64,000 nt of DNA, from the NCBI GenBank assembly GCA_965243835.1, contig OZ251578.1:2464303-2528302 (forward strand), read 5' to 3'. The stretch is from Candidatus Spongiisociaceae bacterium. GTDB lineage: Bacteria; Actinomycetota; Acidimicrobiia; Spongiisociales; Spongiisociaceae. Both the position numbers and the translations under genes were made by a program. The notes under the pieces are model-generated. The model was not told where the DNA came from, made no database searches, and saw only the letters and a list, made by a program, of their open reading frames with translations. Shown here piece after piece: positions 13,371 through 23,812 of this stretch. Every line of letters starts with the position of its first letter. Within the stretch, counting starts at the first letter, position 1.

Positions 13371-13706
13371 ATGGCGCGCAAAAGAATATACTCCCCAGAG
13401 GCCTTGGCAAAGACCCGTAGCCGCCGGAGCCGGAAGGGCGCCTATCGGAGAAACCCCGACCTGCGGCACTTAGCCAACATTTACAGCAACCGCGGCTACG
13501 AGGCGGTGGACGCGGTGCGCCGCGCCATTGAGGATCTTTTCCCCACCAGCCCCGGCGATCGATTGGAGTTTCCGGGCCTGGGTGTGTGGAGCATGGGCCC
13601 CGAACGACTTAGCCACCGGATAAGCGACAACCTGCGTTGCCTGCGCTCCCAGCCGGGGGCGTGGTCCGGAGATGCCCCCAATTCCCCCGAGGCGGAAACG
13701 CCGTAA
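13371..13706 (+). CDS. Hypothetical basic small protein (low confidence)
   Basis: 112 aa ORF with AGGGG 3-7 nt upstream of the ATG at 13371. Preceded by a perfect hairpin (ctgtaacgggg...ccccgttacag). Lies in a repeat-rich, ORF-poor region. Confidence 0.3.
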   Translation: MARKRIYSPEALAKTRSRRSRKGAYRRNPDLRHLANIYSNRGYEAVDAVRRAIEDLFPTSPGDRLEFPGLGVWSMGPERLSHRISDNLRCLRSQPGAWSGDAPNSPEAETP

Positions 13707-13830
13707 CCGCCTCCCAAAAAATTTTCGCGACCTGTTCAGCCCACCCGCCCGCCCCCCTCCCTCCCGCCCTTAATATACCCCGTATTTTGAACCCAAACAA
13801 GGGGGTCGTTCTTTCAAGAAACGCAAAACA
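13690..13830. repeat. Dispersed intergenic repeat family, copy C
   Basis: Sequence aaaattttcgcgacc...cccgcccgcccccctccctcccgcccttaatataccc...aaacaagggggtcgtt. Confidence 0.7.
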
Positions 13831-14289
13831 CCAAGTGGAAAGCCTAACTGGGCTAAAGAAATTTTTCGCGAGGCTGGGCGAACCCGCAACGCGGTCAACA
13901 CCGGACATATCAAACCGGTCAACCGCCCCGGCGCAGACACCCGCCTCGTCCTCGCAACCCAACCGCAACAGCCACCCAATCCCTTCGCCCACAGGCCCCG
14001 TGAAGCGCCCAAATCCGAGGCGGAGTCGTCGCAACCGTCTCCCCTGGAAAATTGGACAAATCACCAGCCCGCCCTAACGCCCAACCACCCCGGCGCAACC
14101 GACGCCCGCCCCCGACGCAATCCTCCCGCCCCGTCTTTCGCAACCCAAACCGCAACCCGAGACCCTCCCCGTCGTGCAAACGCAACCGCCGACTCATGTT
14201 CCCTCTCACCGCAAAACCGACCCAAACCATCCCCTTACCGCACTGTGTCCGCCCCCCCGGGCCTAAGCCCGCGAAACGCCCAAACCCGG

Positions 14290-14440
14290 GACTGCGCCGC
14301 TGTAACCGCCTTCCCTCCAAAAATTTTCGCGACCTGCTCAGCCCGCCCGCCCGCCCCCCTCCCTCCCGCCCTTAATATACCCAACATTTCAAAACCAAAC
14401 AAGGGGGTCGTTCTTCAAGAAACGCAAAACACCAGGTAAA
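14290..14440. repeat. Dispersed intergenic repeat family, copy D
   Basis: Near-identical to copy C over about 120 bp, same orientation, about 600 bp away. Confidence 0.7.
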
Positions 14441-14552
14441 AGCCTTATTGGCTCAAGATTTTTTCGCGAGGCTCCATGCCGTCCGGCTGTTCCGGCGGAA
14501 ACGGGAACCGGTTGCTTCGGCCCTGGTTCGGGCGGGTTTGGAACAACTGCAA

Positions 14553-14942
14553 CTAGGAGCCGGGGACTCCGCGGGCGGCGAAGTCGGGGCATCTTTCAAT
14601 TTTGTCTACCGCGAATGTCTCCGTGGGGAGTTCCACGACGCTGAGACGCGCCACTTCGGCTCCGCCCGTCACTATCGTCCCGGTACGGGCGTCGATGACG
14701 TGAATCCCGTAATCGTTCGTCCCGTAGCGGGAAATCAGGGCGTCCGCTTCCGCCACCATGGCTTCGAACGGGGTGCGGGCGCCTTCCGAGTCGGAACCCC
14801 AGTTCCGGTTGACGATCGATTCTCCGCCCGTCTCCGGCGGGCAGTCCAGCTCTCCGTCCGGGGCTCCGGCGGGCGGCGGGTCGGAACCGCAGGCGGCGGC
14901 CGCCAGGGACAAGGCCAAGATAAGAGCCGCGGCCCGTTTCAC
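14553..14942 (-). CDS. Hypothetical lipoprotein
   Basis: 129 aa ORF with a signal peptide and lipobox (LSLAAAACGS). Confidence 0.55.
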   Translation of the reverse strand: MKRAAALILALSLAAAACGSDPPPAGAPDGELDCPPETGGESIVNRNWGSDSEGARTPFEAMVAEADALISRYGTNDYGIHVIDARTGTIVTGGAEVARLSVVELPTETFAVDKIERCPDFAARGVPGS

Positions 14943-15706
14943 TCGCCTGTGAACTCAGGTTTGCGCTTCTCCAGAAAGGCGGACACTCCCTCCCGGGCGT
15001 CCCGGGTGTAGAAGCATTCCCGAAAGGCCTCCGCCTCCGCCGCCAGGGCCTCGTCGATGGGGCGGCCCCAGCCTTCGTTGACGGCCCGTTTGGCCGCCCC
15101 CAGGGCCGCGGTCGGGCCGGAGGCGTAGCGGGCGGCGTCGTCCAGGGCCGCTTCCAGCAACTCGCCGGCGGGGAAAACCTTGTCGGCCAGTCCGATGGCC
15201 AGCGCCTCCCCGGCCGGGACGTGCCGGCCCGAATAGACCAGTTCCTTGCCGCGGCTGAAACCGACCAACCGGGGAAGGCGCTGGGTTCCCCCCGCCCCGG
15301 GGATGATCCCCAACTTGATTTCCGGCTGCCCCACTTGGGCGTCCTCGGCCAAGTAGCGGAAATCGGCCCCCATCGCCAACTCCAACCCCCCGCCCAGGGC
15401 GTATCCGAACACGGCCGCGATGACCGGCTTGGGAACCTGCTCCAACCGGCGGATGACCTGGTCGATGGCGTTGTCCTCCAAGCCTTCTTTGCCGCCGGCG
15501 TGGGCGGTTTTGAAACCGGAAATGTCGGCCCCGGCCGCGAAATGGGGTCGGCCGGTGATCACCACCGCCCGCACCGGGGACGCCGTCGCTTCCGCTATCG
15601 CCCGGTCCAGGTCGTCGGCCAACTCCCCGGACAGGGCGTTGACGGGGGGGCGTTTCAGTTCGATAATCCCCACCGCCCCTTCGGCGTCGTACGAAACCAG
15701 TTCCAT
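14939..15706 (-). CDS. Enoyl-CoA hydratase/isomerase (crotonase family)
   Basis: Crotonase fold motifs ([26 protein letters not shown]). Start MELVSY at 15706 with a GGAGG RBS. The longer upstream extension is a GC-rich artefact. Confidence 0.8.
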   Translation of the reverse strand: MELVSYDAEGAVGIIELKRPPVNALSGELADDLDRAIAEATASPVRAVVITGRPHFAAGADISGFKTAHAGGKEGLEDNAIDQVIRRLEQVPKPVIAAVFGYALGGGLELAMGADFRYLAEDAQVGQPEIKLGIIPGAGGTQRLPRLVGFSRGKELVYSGRHVPAGEALAIGLADKVFPAGELLEAALDDAARYASGPTAALGAAKRAVNEGWGRPIDEALAAEAEAFRECFYTRDAREGVSAFLEKRKPEFTGE

Positions 15707-15798
15707 TAGTTCATCCTCCTCGGCCCGCTGACTCGACCCGCCGGGCCCTCCTGGCCCGCCCGCGTAAGAATAGAGGTTGCGCCGCCCGCGTGATTTCC

Positions 15799-16731
15799 TT
15801 ACCCGGCCAAACGGGCGGCGGCCGTCCACGGGTCGGCTTCCCCGGCGGCCACCCGGGCCGCGGTTTCCTCCAAACCGGGTATTCCGCCGCTTCCCAGACG
15901 GCGCACCGCCGCTTCCCGCACCGCTTCTTCCACGGCCGCCCGGGCCCGGCGGAGGCGGCGGGCGGCCAACTCCCCCTCCCGCAGATGGGCGGCGTGCCCC
16001 TGCAGGGACTCCCATAATTCATCCATCCCCGTCCCGTCCGTCGCCGCCGTTTCCACCACCGGCGGACGCCACCCGCCGGCCTCCCCCATATCCAGCATCA
16101 TCTCCAGGTCGCGCCGGGCGTTGCCGGCCCCGGGACGGTCCGCCTTGTTGACCGCGAACACATCCCCGATTTCCAAAAGCCCGGCCTTGCCGGCCTGGAT
16201 TCCGTCCCCCCAGCCGGGAGTGACCACCACCGTCACCGTGTCCGCCTCCAGCATAATGTCCACTTCCGCCTGCCCCACCCCCACCGTTTCGATAATCAGA
16301 AAGTCGAAACCGGCCCCGTCCAGCACTACCGCCGCTTTGGGGGCGGCCGCCGAAATCCCGCCCAGGCGCCCCCGCCCCGCCAACGACCTCACATACACCT
16401 GCGGGTCGTCTATGTGCTCTTGCATGCGAATGCGGTCGCCGAGAATGGCCCCGCCGGTAAAAGGGCTGGACGGATCCACCGCCAACACCCCCGCCGTTTC
16501 CCCCCGGCGCCGGATGATTTCTATCAGCCGGGAGACGAGGGTGCTTTTGCCCGCCCCGGGGGCCCCGGTAAGTCCGATGCGCCGGGCTCCGCCGGCCGCG
16601 TCCCAAAACAGGCGCAACAGGTCGGGGGCGCCGGGCGAGCCGTCTTCCACGGCGCTGACGGCCCGGGCCAGTGCCCGGCGGTCGCCGGCCCGGGCTTTGC
16701 GCACCGCCTCCGCCGGGGAATCCTGGTTCAT
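15799..16731 (-). CDS. meaB: Methylmalonyl-CoA mutase-associated GTPase MeaB/ArgK
   Basis: P-loop GAPGAGKST and G-motifs ETVGVGQ and NKAD, typical of the MeaB family. Confidence 0.8.
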   Translation of the reverse strand: MNQDSPAEAVRKARAGDRRALARAVSAVEDGSPGAPDLLRLFWDAAGGARRIGLTGAPGAGKSTLVSRLIEIIRRRGETAGVLAVDPSSPFTGGAILGDRIRMQEHIDDPQVYVRSLAGRGRLGGISAAAPKAAVVLDGAGFDFLIIETVGVGQAEVDIMLEADTVTVVVTPGWGDGIQAGKAGLLEIGDVFAVNKADRPGAGNARRDLEMMLDMGEAGGWRPPVVETAATDGTGMDELWESLQGHAAHLREGELAARRLRRARAAVEEAVREAAVRRLGSGGIPGLEETAARVAAGEADPWTAAARLAG

Positions 16732-16748
16732 AGGGGGAGCGGAGCGGC

Positions 16749-17108
16749 TCAGGCGGCCCGCACCGAGGTGACGCCCGGCACCCGCTCGGTGAGGATGCGC
16801 TCAATGCCCGCGGTCAAGGTCATCATGGACAGGGGGCAACCCGCGCACGCCCCCACCAACTGCAGGTCGACGGTTCCGTCCGCATCCACCCCGTTCAGGA
16901 TCAAATCGCCGCCGTCGGCTTGCAGGGCGGGGCGGATGTATTCCAGGGTGGCCTCCAGCAGGTTCCGGTCCACGGCCCCGGCCCGTTCCGTCTCCGACTC
17001 CGGAGCTTGCGGCCCCCGGTCGGCGGCGGACGGCTCCGTCTCCCGGCGGCCGGGCGGGACGGGCAGGTCCAAAGTCACGGTGGAGGGCGAGGAGGTCACG
17101 GGCGTCAT
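16749..17108 (-). CDS. NifU-family Fe-S cluster assembly scaffold (Nfu-type)
   Basis: C-terminal Nfu domain with GACAGCP motif. 119 aa. Confidence 0.7.
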   Translation of the reverse strand: MTPVTSSPSTVTLDLPVPPGRRETEPSAADRGPQAPESETERAGAVDRNLLEATLEYIRPALQADGGDLILNGVDADGTVDLQLVGACAGCPLSMMTLTAGIERILTERVPGVTSVRAA

Positions 17109-17109
17109 G

Positions 17110-17901
17110 CTACCAGTCGGGGGCGCTGGCCCGAATCTCCAGGGACAGCCTCTCGGCGTCCAAGCCTTCGCTGCGAACCCGCAACTCCAGGTAAGCCACC
17201 GCCAACGCGGTGAACAGAAACACTTCCAACAACCCTCCCGCCAAGGCGGACCACAGTATGAAAAAAGGCCGGCCGGTGATGAACAGGGCGGGCAGAAGCG
17301 TGGCCGCCGCGCCTGCGGCCATGATGATGAGGATCGCCAACGCCGCCACTCCGAACAAGTGCCACCAGCGGGAATGCGCCAGACGCCACGCCCGGCGCAG
17401 GCATCCCCGCACTCCCTGGTTTTCCACCGCCAGCGGCCCCGGCCACACCGCCCAGGACGCCATCAGGAACACGCCGGGCAGGATGAACAACACCGTCCCC
17501 AGCGCGACGGCGAGCAGAATAACCGCATAGGCGCCCAGGATGGGAAGCAACCGGGAGAAGGCGAAACCCAGGGCCGCCCGCCATCCCTGCTCCACCCCGG
17601 CGTAGGCGGCGGCCGTCAGCCGGAAAACGGCCACCGCGGCCACCACCGACGCCAGGGAGGTGACCAGAAACTGAAAGAAAACCACGGGGGCGGCCGCCGC
17701 TATCCAGTCGGCCACCTCCTGCAATGGGGCTTCGGCGGCGGGCGGGGCGGGGACTTCGATCAGGGCGGCCAGGGCCGCCGACACCGGCGCCGGCAAAACC
17801 AACCCCACCGCCGCCAGCGACCCGAACCGGCTGCGGATGACCGCCATGGCGTCAGTGAAAACTCCCCCGATATCCAGTTGCCGAAGTCGCAAAGTTTCCA
17901 C
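17110..17901 (-). CDS. Hypothetical polytopic membrane protein
   Basis: Multiple hydrophobic helices. Likely GTG start (VETLRL) near 17901; the ORF is open to 17934. Confidence 0.5.
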   Translation of the reverse strand: METLRLRQLDIGGVFTDAMAVIRSRFGSLAAVGLVLPAPVSAALAALIEVPAPPAAEAPLQEVADWIAAAAPVVFFQFLVTSLASVVAAVAVFRLTAAAYAGVEQGWRAALGFAFSRLLPILGAYAVILLAVALGTVLFILPGVFLMASWAVWPGPLAVENQGVRGCLRRAWRLAHSRWWHLFGVAALAILIIMAAGAAATLLPALFITGRPFFILWSALAGGLLEVFLFTALAVAYLELRVRSEGLDAERLSLEIRASAPDW

Positions 17902-17924
17902 ACCCGAATGGTAACCGAACCGCC

Positions 17925-18040
17925 CCCTCCCCAAAAATTTTCCCGCCCGGCGGCCCCGCCCGCCCCGCCCCCGCGCCCGCCCACCCGCAATTTAATCGAT
18001 TTTTTCGACCCAAACAAGGGGGTCGTTTCCCCAATTGACC
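17925..18040. repeat. Dispersed intergenic repeat family, copy E (partial)
   Basis: Sequence aaaaattttcccgcc...cccgcccgccccgccc...cgacccaaacaagggggtcgtt. Confidence 0.6.
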
Positions 18041-18339
18041 GTTTTGCGGTACTGGGGATACGGCCGGTTTTGTAGAGGGCGGCGAACCGGGCCGGCACCT
18101 AGTAGGCGTCCTCCAAGTCGGAGCGGTTGCGGCCATCGCCGCGAAGTTCTTCGGCGCCTTGACGCTTTCCGCAAACAAGCAGGCGTACTGCGCAGTGAAC
18201 TTGCCCTCTATGGCCGGAGGCGTCTTCATATAAGCCGGTATAACATTCGACATACCAGGCCTCCTCGAATCGATGATGTTTACAACAGCGTTCCAGCGAG
18301 GCCTCACCTAAATTGCAAACACTTCACCCCACCACCACC

Positions 18340-19258
18340 TTACGCGGAGAGCCTCACATATTCCTTATTAATCTCTATTCCGATGGACTTGCGTTGCAGT
18401 TGTTGCGCCACCCGGCACGTAGTGCCGCTGCCTAGAAACGGATCCAATACAGTGTCTCCCCGGTCGGTGAACAACTGTATGAAGAACTCCGGCAACCATT
18501 CCGGGTAGGCGGCGCTGTGGCCCGTGTTATGGCAAACGGGCGGCTTATACAGCACGTTGGAGGGATACACCTTGTCCTTGCCTTCCCATGCGGCTATCCT
18601 CTGCCCCACCCCGGAACGGGTGGAGGACTCTTGACGGCTTCTGTCATTATCATTCATATTGCGTAAGCGCGCCTTGGCCCAGTCGCCGAATCGGCACTTT
18701 GACCGCCTCCTGGTTCATCTTGAAATCTTTAGTTTTGGAGAAATGCAGAATTCTTTCCCATGCATCCCGGAAACGATATTTCCACTTGCCCGGCGCCGAC
18801 GTTGTCTTATGCCAAATATATTCCTCCACCCAGCGAAACCCGGCCTGCTGTTTCAAGGCTAAAATCAACTCCAACACATAGGTGTGCCGTTCCCCGTCAA
18901 CCGCCTTCTCCTTGATGTTCAGCACGAAAGAACCGGTTGGTTTCAGGACGCGGCGCATTTCCGCCGCCCGCTCCAAAAACCATTCCACGTACTCGTCGGG
19001 GGCTATCCCGCCGTAAGTGTGCGACCGGGCATCGGCATAGGGAGGGGAGGTAACGATCAAAGCGACGCAGTCGGACGGCAAGCCCCTCATCACCTCCAAG
19101 CAGTCGACATGGTGAATGATCCGCTCCGCAACCCGGGCGGCGTCGTCCTCGCTCCGCTTCCCCGCCCGCTCCGGGGCGATCAGGGCGAGGGTGTCCAAAG
19201 TCATCTGTTTTCCTCCCTTCGGCGTACTGCCCTGCAAGATAGGACGCGCCTGTGACAT
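18340..19258 (-). pseudogene. Orphan beta-class DNA methyltransferase (SPPY motif IV before DPFLGSGTT motif I), frameshifted
   Basis: Two overlapping ORFs in different frames, 18650..19258 (SPPY) and 18340..18657 (DPFLGSGTT), together form one N6A/N4C methyltransferase. The frame changes near 18650-18660. Local GC is reduced. No adjacent endonuclease. Confidence 0.65.
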
Positions 19259-19270
19259 TGGCGCCGCCGC

Positions 19271-20086
19271 TCATCGTGCGGTTCCGGGGGGCGGGGCGGG
19301 CGGTGGCGATTCTAAGGCGGCGCGGTGGGCATCGGTTATCGGGGGGGAGGCGGGAAGCAGGATGGGGGTGACGGCGATCTCCCTGCCCAGGCTGACGGCG
19401 GTGTCGCATCCGGCGGCGGCCAGCATCTCCCCCCGGTCCGCCCGGTAGCGGTGACTGAAAGTTCCATCCGGGTTGCGCCGGTGCAACTGTCCGTAGGAGA
19501 CCGGGGCCAGCGGAGCCAATCGGCGGGGGGTGTCCGGCCCGGCCTCCCAGGGCACGTTGACGTTGATCACGTCCCCGGGCAGATCAGCGGCCAGGATGTC
19601 GGCCAGCAACACCGCGCACAGCCCGGCCAGCCTCTCCCATACCGGGGCCGAGTCGGGGGAGGCGGCCCGTTCGTACCATTGCAGCCAGTCGCCCCGGCCT
19701 TCGGCGGAGAAGGCGACCCCCGGCGTCCCCAACGCCCGCGCCTCGAAGGCGGCCCCGATAGTGCCCGAGGCCAGCGCCCCGATGGCCGAAAAATTGTATC
19801 CCAGGTTGATGCCGGAAACCACCAAGTCGGGGGGTTCGTCAAAATAAACCGACCCCACATGCACCGCATCCGCCGGAAAGCCGGAGACGGTCACCACCGT
19901 CACCCCCGACCGCTCCGACTGCGCGACCCGCAACGGGTCATGGCGGGTTATGGCCTTGCTGGACCAGCTCCGCTCCCGATCGGGGGCCACCGCCCGCACC
20001 TCCCCCAGGGCCTGCAAAGCCCGGGCGAAGGGAATAAGGGCCGGGCTGGCCGGGCCGTCGTCGTTGGTGAGCAGAATCCAGGACAT
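19271..20086 (-). CDS. surE: 5'/3'-nucleotidase SurE
   Basis: N-terminus MSWILLTNDDGP and the SurE fold. Confidence 0.85.
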   Translation of the reverse strand: MSWILLTNDDGPASPALIPFARALQALGEVRAVAPDRERSWSSKAITRHDPLRVAQSERSGVTVVTVSGFPADAVHVGSVYFDEPPDLVVSGINLGYNFSAIGALASGTIGAAFEARALGTPGVAFSAEGRGDWLQWYERAASPDSAPVWERLAGLCAVLLADILAADLPGDVINVNVPWEAGPDTPRRLAPLAPVSYGQLHRRNPDGTFSHRYRADRGEMLAAAGCDTAVSLGREIAVTPILLPASPPITDAHRAALESPPPAPPPGTAR

Positions 20087-20127
20087 ACAAGACGGCAGGG
20101 TAGCCGCCGGGCGCCTATTATTTAAAC

Positions 20128-20616
20128 ATGACCAGACGAGCGGCGGCGGTGACCTGCAGCGACGGGGTAACGCACGGAACCAGAACCGATGAATCGGGGG
20201 CTTTGCTGGAAGAGTTGCTCACCGCATTCGGGCCACAGGTGGGCGGCTGGGAGGTGGAACGGCACGTGACGGCCGATGAACGGGAGCGGATAACCGAACT
20301 GTTGGCCGGGCTGGCCTCCGACTGCGCCCTGATCGTCACTTCCGGCGGCACCGGATTCGGGCCGCGGGACGTGACTCCGGAAGCGACCGCCGCCCTGCTG
20401 GATCGCCCCGCCCCCGGATTGGCGGAACTGATCCGCGCCGAAGGCCTCAAGCACACCCCGCTGGCCGCCCTGTCCCGGGGAACGGCGGGCGTCATCGGGT
20501 CGTGCCTGGTCATCAACCTGCCCGGCAACCCCAAGGGGGTGGCGGAAGGTTGGGAGGCGGTGGAACCGTTGCTCCCCCACATCCTCGACCTGCTGGCCGG
20601 CCGCACCGTCCACTGA
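20128..20616 (+). CDS. Molybdenum cofactor biosynthesis protein MogA/MoaB family
   Basis: MoCF biosynthesis domain with GGTGF motif. 162 aa. Confidence 0.75.
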   Translation: MTRRAAAVTCSDGVTHGTRTDESGALLEELLTAFGPQVGGWEVERHVTADERERITELLAGLASDCALIVTSGGTGFGPRDVTPEATAALLDRPAPGLAELIRAEGLKHTPLAALSRGTAGVIGSCLVINLPGNPKGVAEGWEAVEPLLPHILDLLAGRTVH

Positions 20617-20623
20617 CCCTCCT

Positions 20624-21418
20624 TCACACGATGCGGCGGGGGTGGGAGTAAATGTTGAACCCCCCGGGTCGCACGAACCCGGCCACGGTCACTCCCAACT
20701 CCTCGGCCAGCTCCGCAGCCAGGGAGGTGGCGGCCGACACTCCGGCCAGCAGGCTCAGCCCGGCGGCGGCTGTTTTCTGCACCAGTTCGAAGGAAACCCG
20801 CCCGGACACGGTCACCGTCATCTCCCCCAGCGGCCACCGGTCCGCGGCCAGGGCCCCCACCAGTTTGTCCATGGCGTTGTGGCGGCCCACGTCCTCCCGC
20901 AGGGCGGCCAACTCCCCGTCGGGGGTGAAAGCGGCGGCGGCGTGCAACCCTCCGGTCTGGGTGAAACCGGACTGGGCCTCCCGCATCGCCTCCATCAGTT
21001 CCGGCAACCGGTCGGCGGCCACCTCCGGCCCGGGGGGCGGGGTCGGGGAAGCCACCCGCACCGCGTCGATGGAGGCCTTGCCGCACACCCCGCACGAGGA
21101 AGTGGCGTACAGGTTGCGCCGGAACTGTTCGGGGTCCACCATCGTCCCCTCCGCCAAAACCAGGTCGTAACGGCCCTCCCCCTCGGGACCGCCCGCCGCC
21201 CGCACCTCCGCCAGCTCCGAAGGGCGAAGAATTATCCCTTCGGTGAGGGCGAACCCGCGAGCCAGCTCCCCATCGTGCCCGGGGGTGCGCATCAGCACCG
21301 CAATCGGCACGCCGCCCAGCCGAAACTCCACCGGCTCCTCGGCGGGCAACCGATCCTCCCGCACCCGGCGCCCGGCCTCCTCCACCCGCACCAAGCGCCG
21401 AACCGAAACCGCATCCAT
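20624..21418 (-). CDS. fdhD: Formate dehydrogenase accessory sulfurtransferase FdhD
   Basis: FdhD family features (SSCGVCG cysteine motif, GRHNAMDK). Start likely MDAV at 21418. Confidence 0.8.
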   Translation of the reverse strand: MDAVSVRRLVRVEEAGRRVREDRLPAEEPVEFRLGGVPIAVLMRTPGHDGELARGFALTEGIILRPSELAEVRAAGGPEGEGRYDLVLAEGTMVDPEQFRRNLYATSSCGVCGKASIDAVRVASPTPPPGPEVAADRLPELMEAMREAQSGFTQTGGLHAAAAFTPDGELAALREDVGRHNAMDKLVGALAADRWPLGEMTVTVSGRVSFELVQKTAAAGLSLLAGVSAATSLAAELAEELGVTVAGFVRPGGFNIYSHPRRIV

Positions 21419-21515
21419 CCCCCCAGTATACCACACCCGCACTCCCTACCGGAGAATCTTTATCAAACAAACCACATGGCGAACCGGAACGTACGCATCT
21501 GCTATAGTGGTGCTC

Positions 21516-22445
21516 ATGACTGAACATATTCAAACTCCAGAGCAATACGAAACATTTGCAATCGGGGAAGACGAACACGGCAACCCGATAATGTATACTT
21601 GCGATCCTATGGCACTCCGCGACCAGGGTAACCCCTCCGCCCCTAGCCATAGCAAAATGGTTTTTTTCGAAAGAACAGTTCTAGAAAAATATTTTGCGAA
21701 TCCAGACAAATATCATTTCGAAGGGTTCTATATTAAATCTTCAGAATTTTGGTTAAGTATATCGCAAATGTCATTAAGTCATGTATCTGTGTTTCTCGGC
21801 GACTTAGGCGAGAACTTACCATACAAGGAACAACGACACTGGCAAGCCTTGAATATTATACCACAAGCGGCACAACATGAACCAGACTTGTGCAGTTCTA
21901 AAAACTATGCCTACATAGAAAAATATTTTTACGCAAATTATAATAATCTAAATCAGATTTGGCATTTACGCTTTGGATGGCCTCTATTCAAGAAGGATTT
22001 TCACGACGATGACACCTACTTGGAACAATCTATACGCGTACCTACAAACGACAGTACCAAGCAATTCGATGAGCAAATAATGCATCTAGCAAGATTTATT
22101 ATCGATAATCTTAATAAAAATAAATTAGATATAACGATAGGCAAAATAAAGGACGAAAAGAGTATTAGTACGTTGGAACGCTTTCTAAATAAGCATAAAA
22201 TAAAATCACCGATTTGTAAAATATTTCGAGAGATCCAAAATTTTAGAAGTAGTGGATCTGCACATCTGAAAGGTGAGAACTACGATAAACTCAAAGAAAA
22301 ACATATGCCTTCCGCCAACCGACAGACATACTATGCCGAGCTCCTAAAAAGACTGGTAGATGAATTTACTATGCTCGCCGGTGAACTATGGCACACCAGG
22401 AAACTGGTTGTTGACACAGATGAGATAACCGGCGGATGCGGTTAG
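21516..22445 (+). CDS. Hypothetical protein of unknown function, strongly AT-rich (foreign)
   Basis: 309 aa ORF starting MTEHIQ at 21516. GC is far below the genome average. No family recognised. Confidence 0.55.
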   Translation: MTEHIQTPEQYETFAIGEDEHGNPIMYTCDPMALRDQGNPSAPSHSKMVFFERTVLEKYFANPDKYHFEGFYIKSSEFWLSISQMSLSHVSVFLGDLGENLPYKEQRHWQALNIIPQAAQHEPDLCSSKNYAYIEKYFYANYNNLNQIWHLRFGWPLFKKDFHDDDTYLEQSIRVPTNDSTKQFDEQIMHLARFIIDNLNKNKLDITIGKIKDEKSISTLERFLNKHKIKSPICKIFREIQNFRSSGSAHLKGENYDKLKEKHMPSANRQTYYAELLKRLVDEFTMLAGELWHTRKLVVDTDEITGGCG

Positions 22446-22468
22446 CCTGGGAACGGAAAGGAGGCAAA

Positions 22469-23068
22469 ATGAAGGGAACAAGCGAAGTGCCTTTTGGGCG
22501 TTACAGCGCCAGGGAGGTTTCATATTTGACGGGCGTCCCGCCGCGGCGGATAGGCCAGTGGGCGCGACACGGATGCATCCTGCGCTCCCATCCCGACCTC
22601 CCCAAATACCCGTATTCATATCAGGATGTAGCCGAGACCTTGGTGGTGTGCAAACTTTTGGAAAAAGAGTTCCGATTTTCCGATGTACGTCAGGTCATGA
22701 CACGATTGCGGGACGACTTCGGCGCTTGGCCCTTGCAGGCCGCCCCGCTTCACTTGGATGAATATCGCAGAATCCTGCTGAAATCCGATGATCTCTGGGA
22801 TTACACCTCCGGCCTGCAGGCGATAAGTGCGGCCCTCGCCGATGGAGGGTGGGCGTCCGTGGAGGAAAAACTCACGCAGATTGCGGTGGACCCGGCGGTA
22901 ATGTCGGGGACCCCTACCATACGCGGCCGTCGTATCACCGCTATGTTCGTCGGGGGGATGGGGGCGACCGCCGAAGGAAGACGGATACTGGAAAACGATT
23001 ACGGATTGGGGGCGGAAGAGATCGACCAAGGCCGCCGCTGGCGCGCCAAGGCACTGGAATACGCTTAA
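22469..23068 (+). CDS. HTH (MerR-like) plus DUF433 domain protein
   Basis: RBS GGAAAGGAGG then ATG at 22469. The C-terminal IAVDPAVMSGTPTIRGRRITAMFV matches the DUF433 core. N-terminal HTH (REVSYLTGVPPRRIGQWARHG). Confidence 0.6.
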   Translation: MKGTSEVPFGRYSAREVSYLTGVPPRRIGQWARHGCILRSHPDLPKYPYSYQDVAETLVVCKLLEKEFRFSDVRQVMTRLRDDFGAWPLQAAPLHLDEYRRILLKSDDLWDYTSGLQAISAALADGGWASVEEKLTQIAVDPAVMSGTPTIRGRRITAMFVGGMGATAEGRRILENDYGLGAEEIDQGRRWRAKALEYA

Positions 23069-23077
23069 ACTGGCGTC

Positions 23078-23812
23078 ATGCTGATGGACGATCGATCGCA
23101 AGGTCAACAGGACGAGAACGCCCCGCCGGGAGGGTGGCGCCGGGCGGCGTGGAATCTTTGCTGGCGACACGGCCTGCCTTCCCCTTTCCCGCACCGCGCC
23201 GAAACCGTGGCGCGCATACAAGAAACGGTACTGACGGATCTCCGGGCAAAAGGCGCGTCGAGCGCAGGCGCGGATGCCCTCGCGGAGTGGGGGATGAACC
23301 ATTATATACGAAAAAGAACCTTTCAAACATCACTGGCGGAGGTCGATAAGGCGAGCGACCCCCTTCGGACGCGGCCCTACCTGCTGGTGCCCGATTTGCC
23401 GGATATGATGATGAAGCCCAACGGCCGCGGGCGGTACCGACCTCTGATCCAATACTGCAAAGACTGGGGGGATCGGCCCGCCGACCGGCCCGCAATGATG
23501 GCCGACCCCCCGCCGCCGGACGCCATCCCGGGTATCGCCGTCAGCATCGCGGCGGTGGTGCATGCCCTCTGCGACCAAGACGAACACCAGACTCCGGAAT
23601 GGGTGATGCGTTATCGGTCCGCCTCCCCCCATCGACTATGGGGATTCCGTCCTTACGATCCCAACTCGGCTTACGACCAGCGCGTCTTGTCCAACTCTCC
23701 CCCCGCCTGCCGTTACCATCAAACTTACTTCACCCGCTCTTTCATCGCAGGCAGCCTCTGGTTGAGAGAACCCAACGACCAGCCTCACCCGACTACCTCC
23801 CCCATGAAATGA
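23078..23812 (+). CDS. Hypothetical protein
   Basis: 244 aa ORF following the DUF433 gene. No recognisable family. Confidence 0.4.
   Translation: MLMDDRSQGQQDENAPPGGWRRAAWNLCWRHGLPSPFPHRAETVARIQETVLTDLRAKGASSAGADALAEWGMNHYIRKRTFQTSLAEVDKASDPLRTRPYLLVPDLPDMMMKPNGRGRYRPLIQYCKDWGDRPADRPAMMADPPPPDAIPGIAVSIAAVVHALCDQDEHQTPEWVMRYRSASPHRLWGFRPYDPNSAYDQRVLSNSPPACRYHQTYFTRSFIAGSLWLREPNDQPHPTTSPMK

Noticed and set aside
17852-18307. 151 aa minus-strand ORF between the membrane protein and the methyltransferase
   Set aside because: It runs through the dispersed repeat copy E, its composition is low-complexity over the repeat, and there is no RBS.
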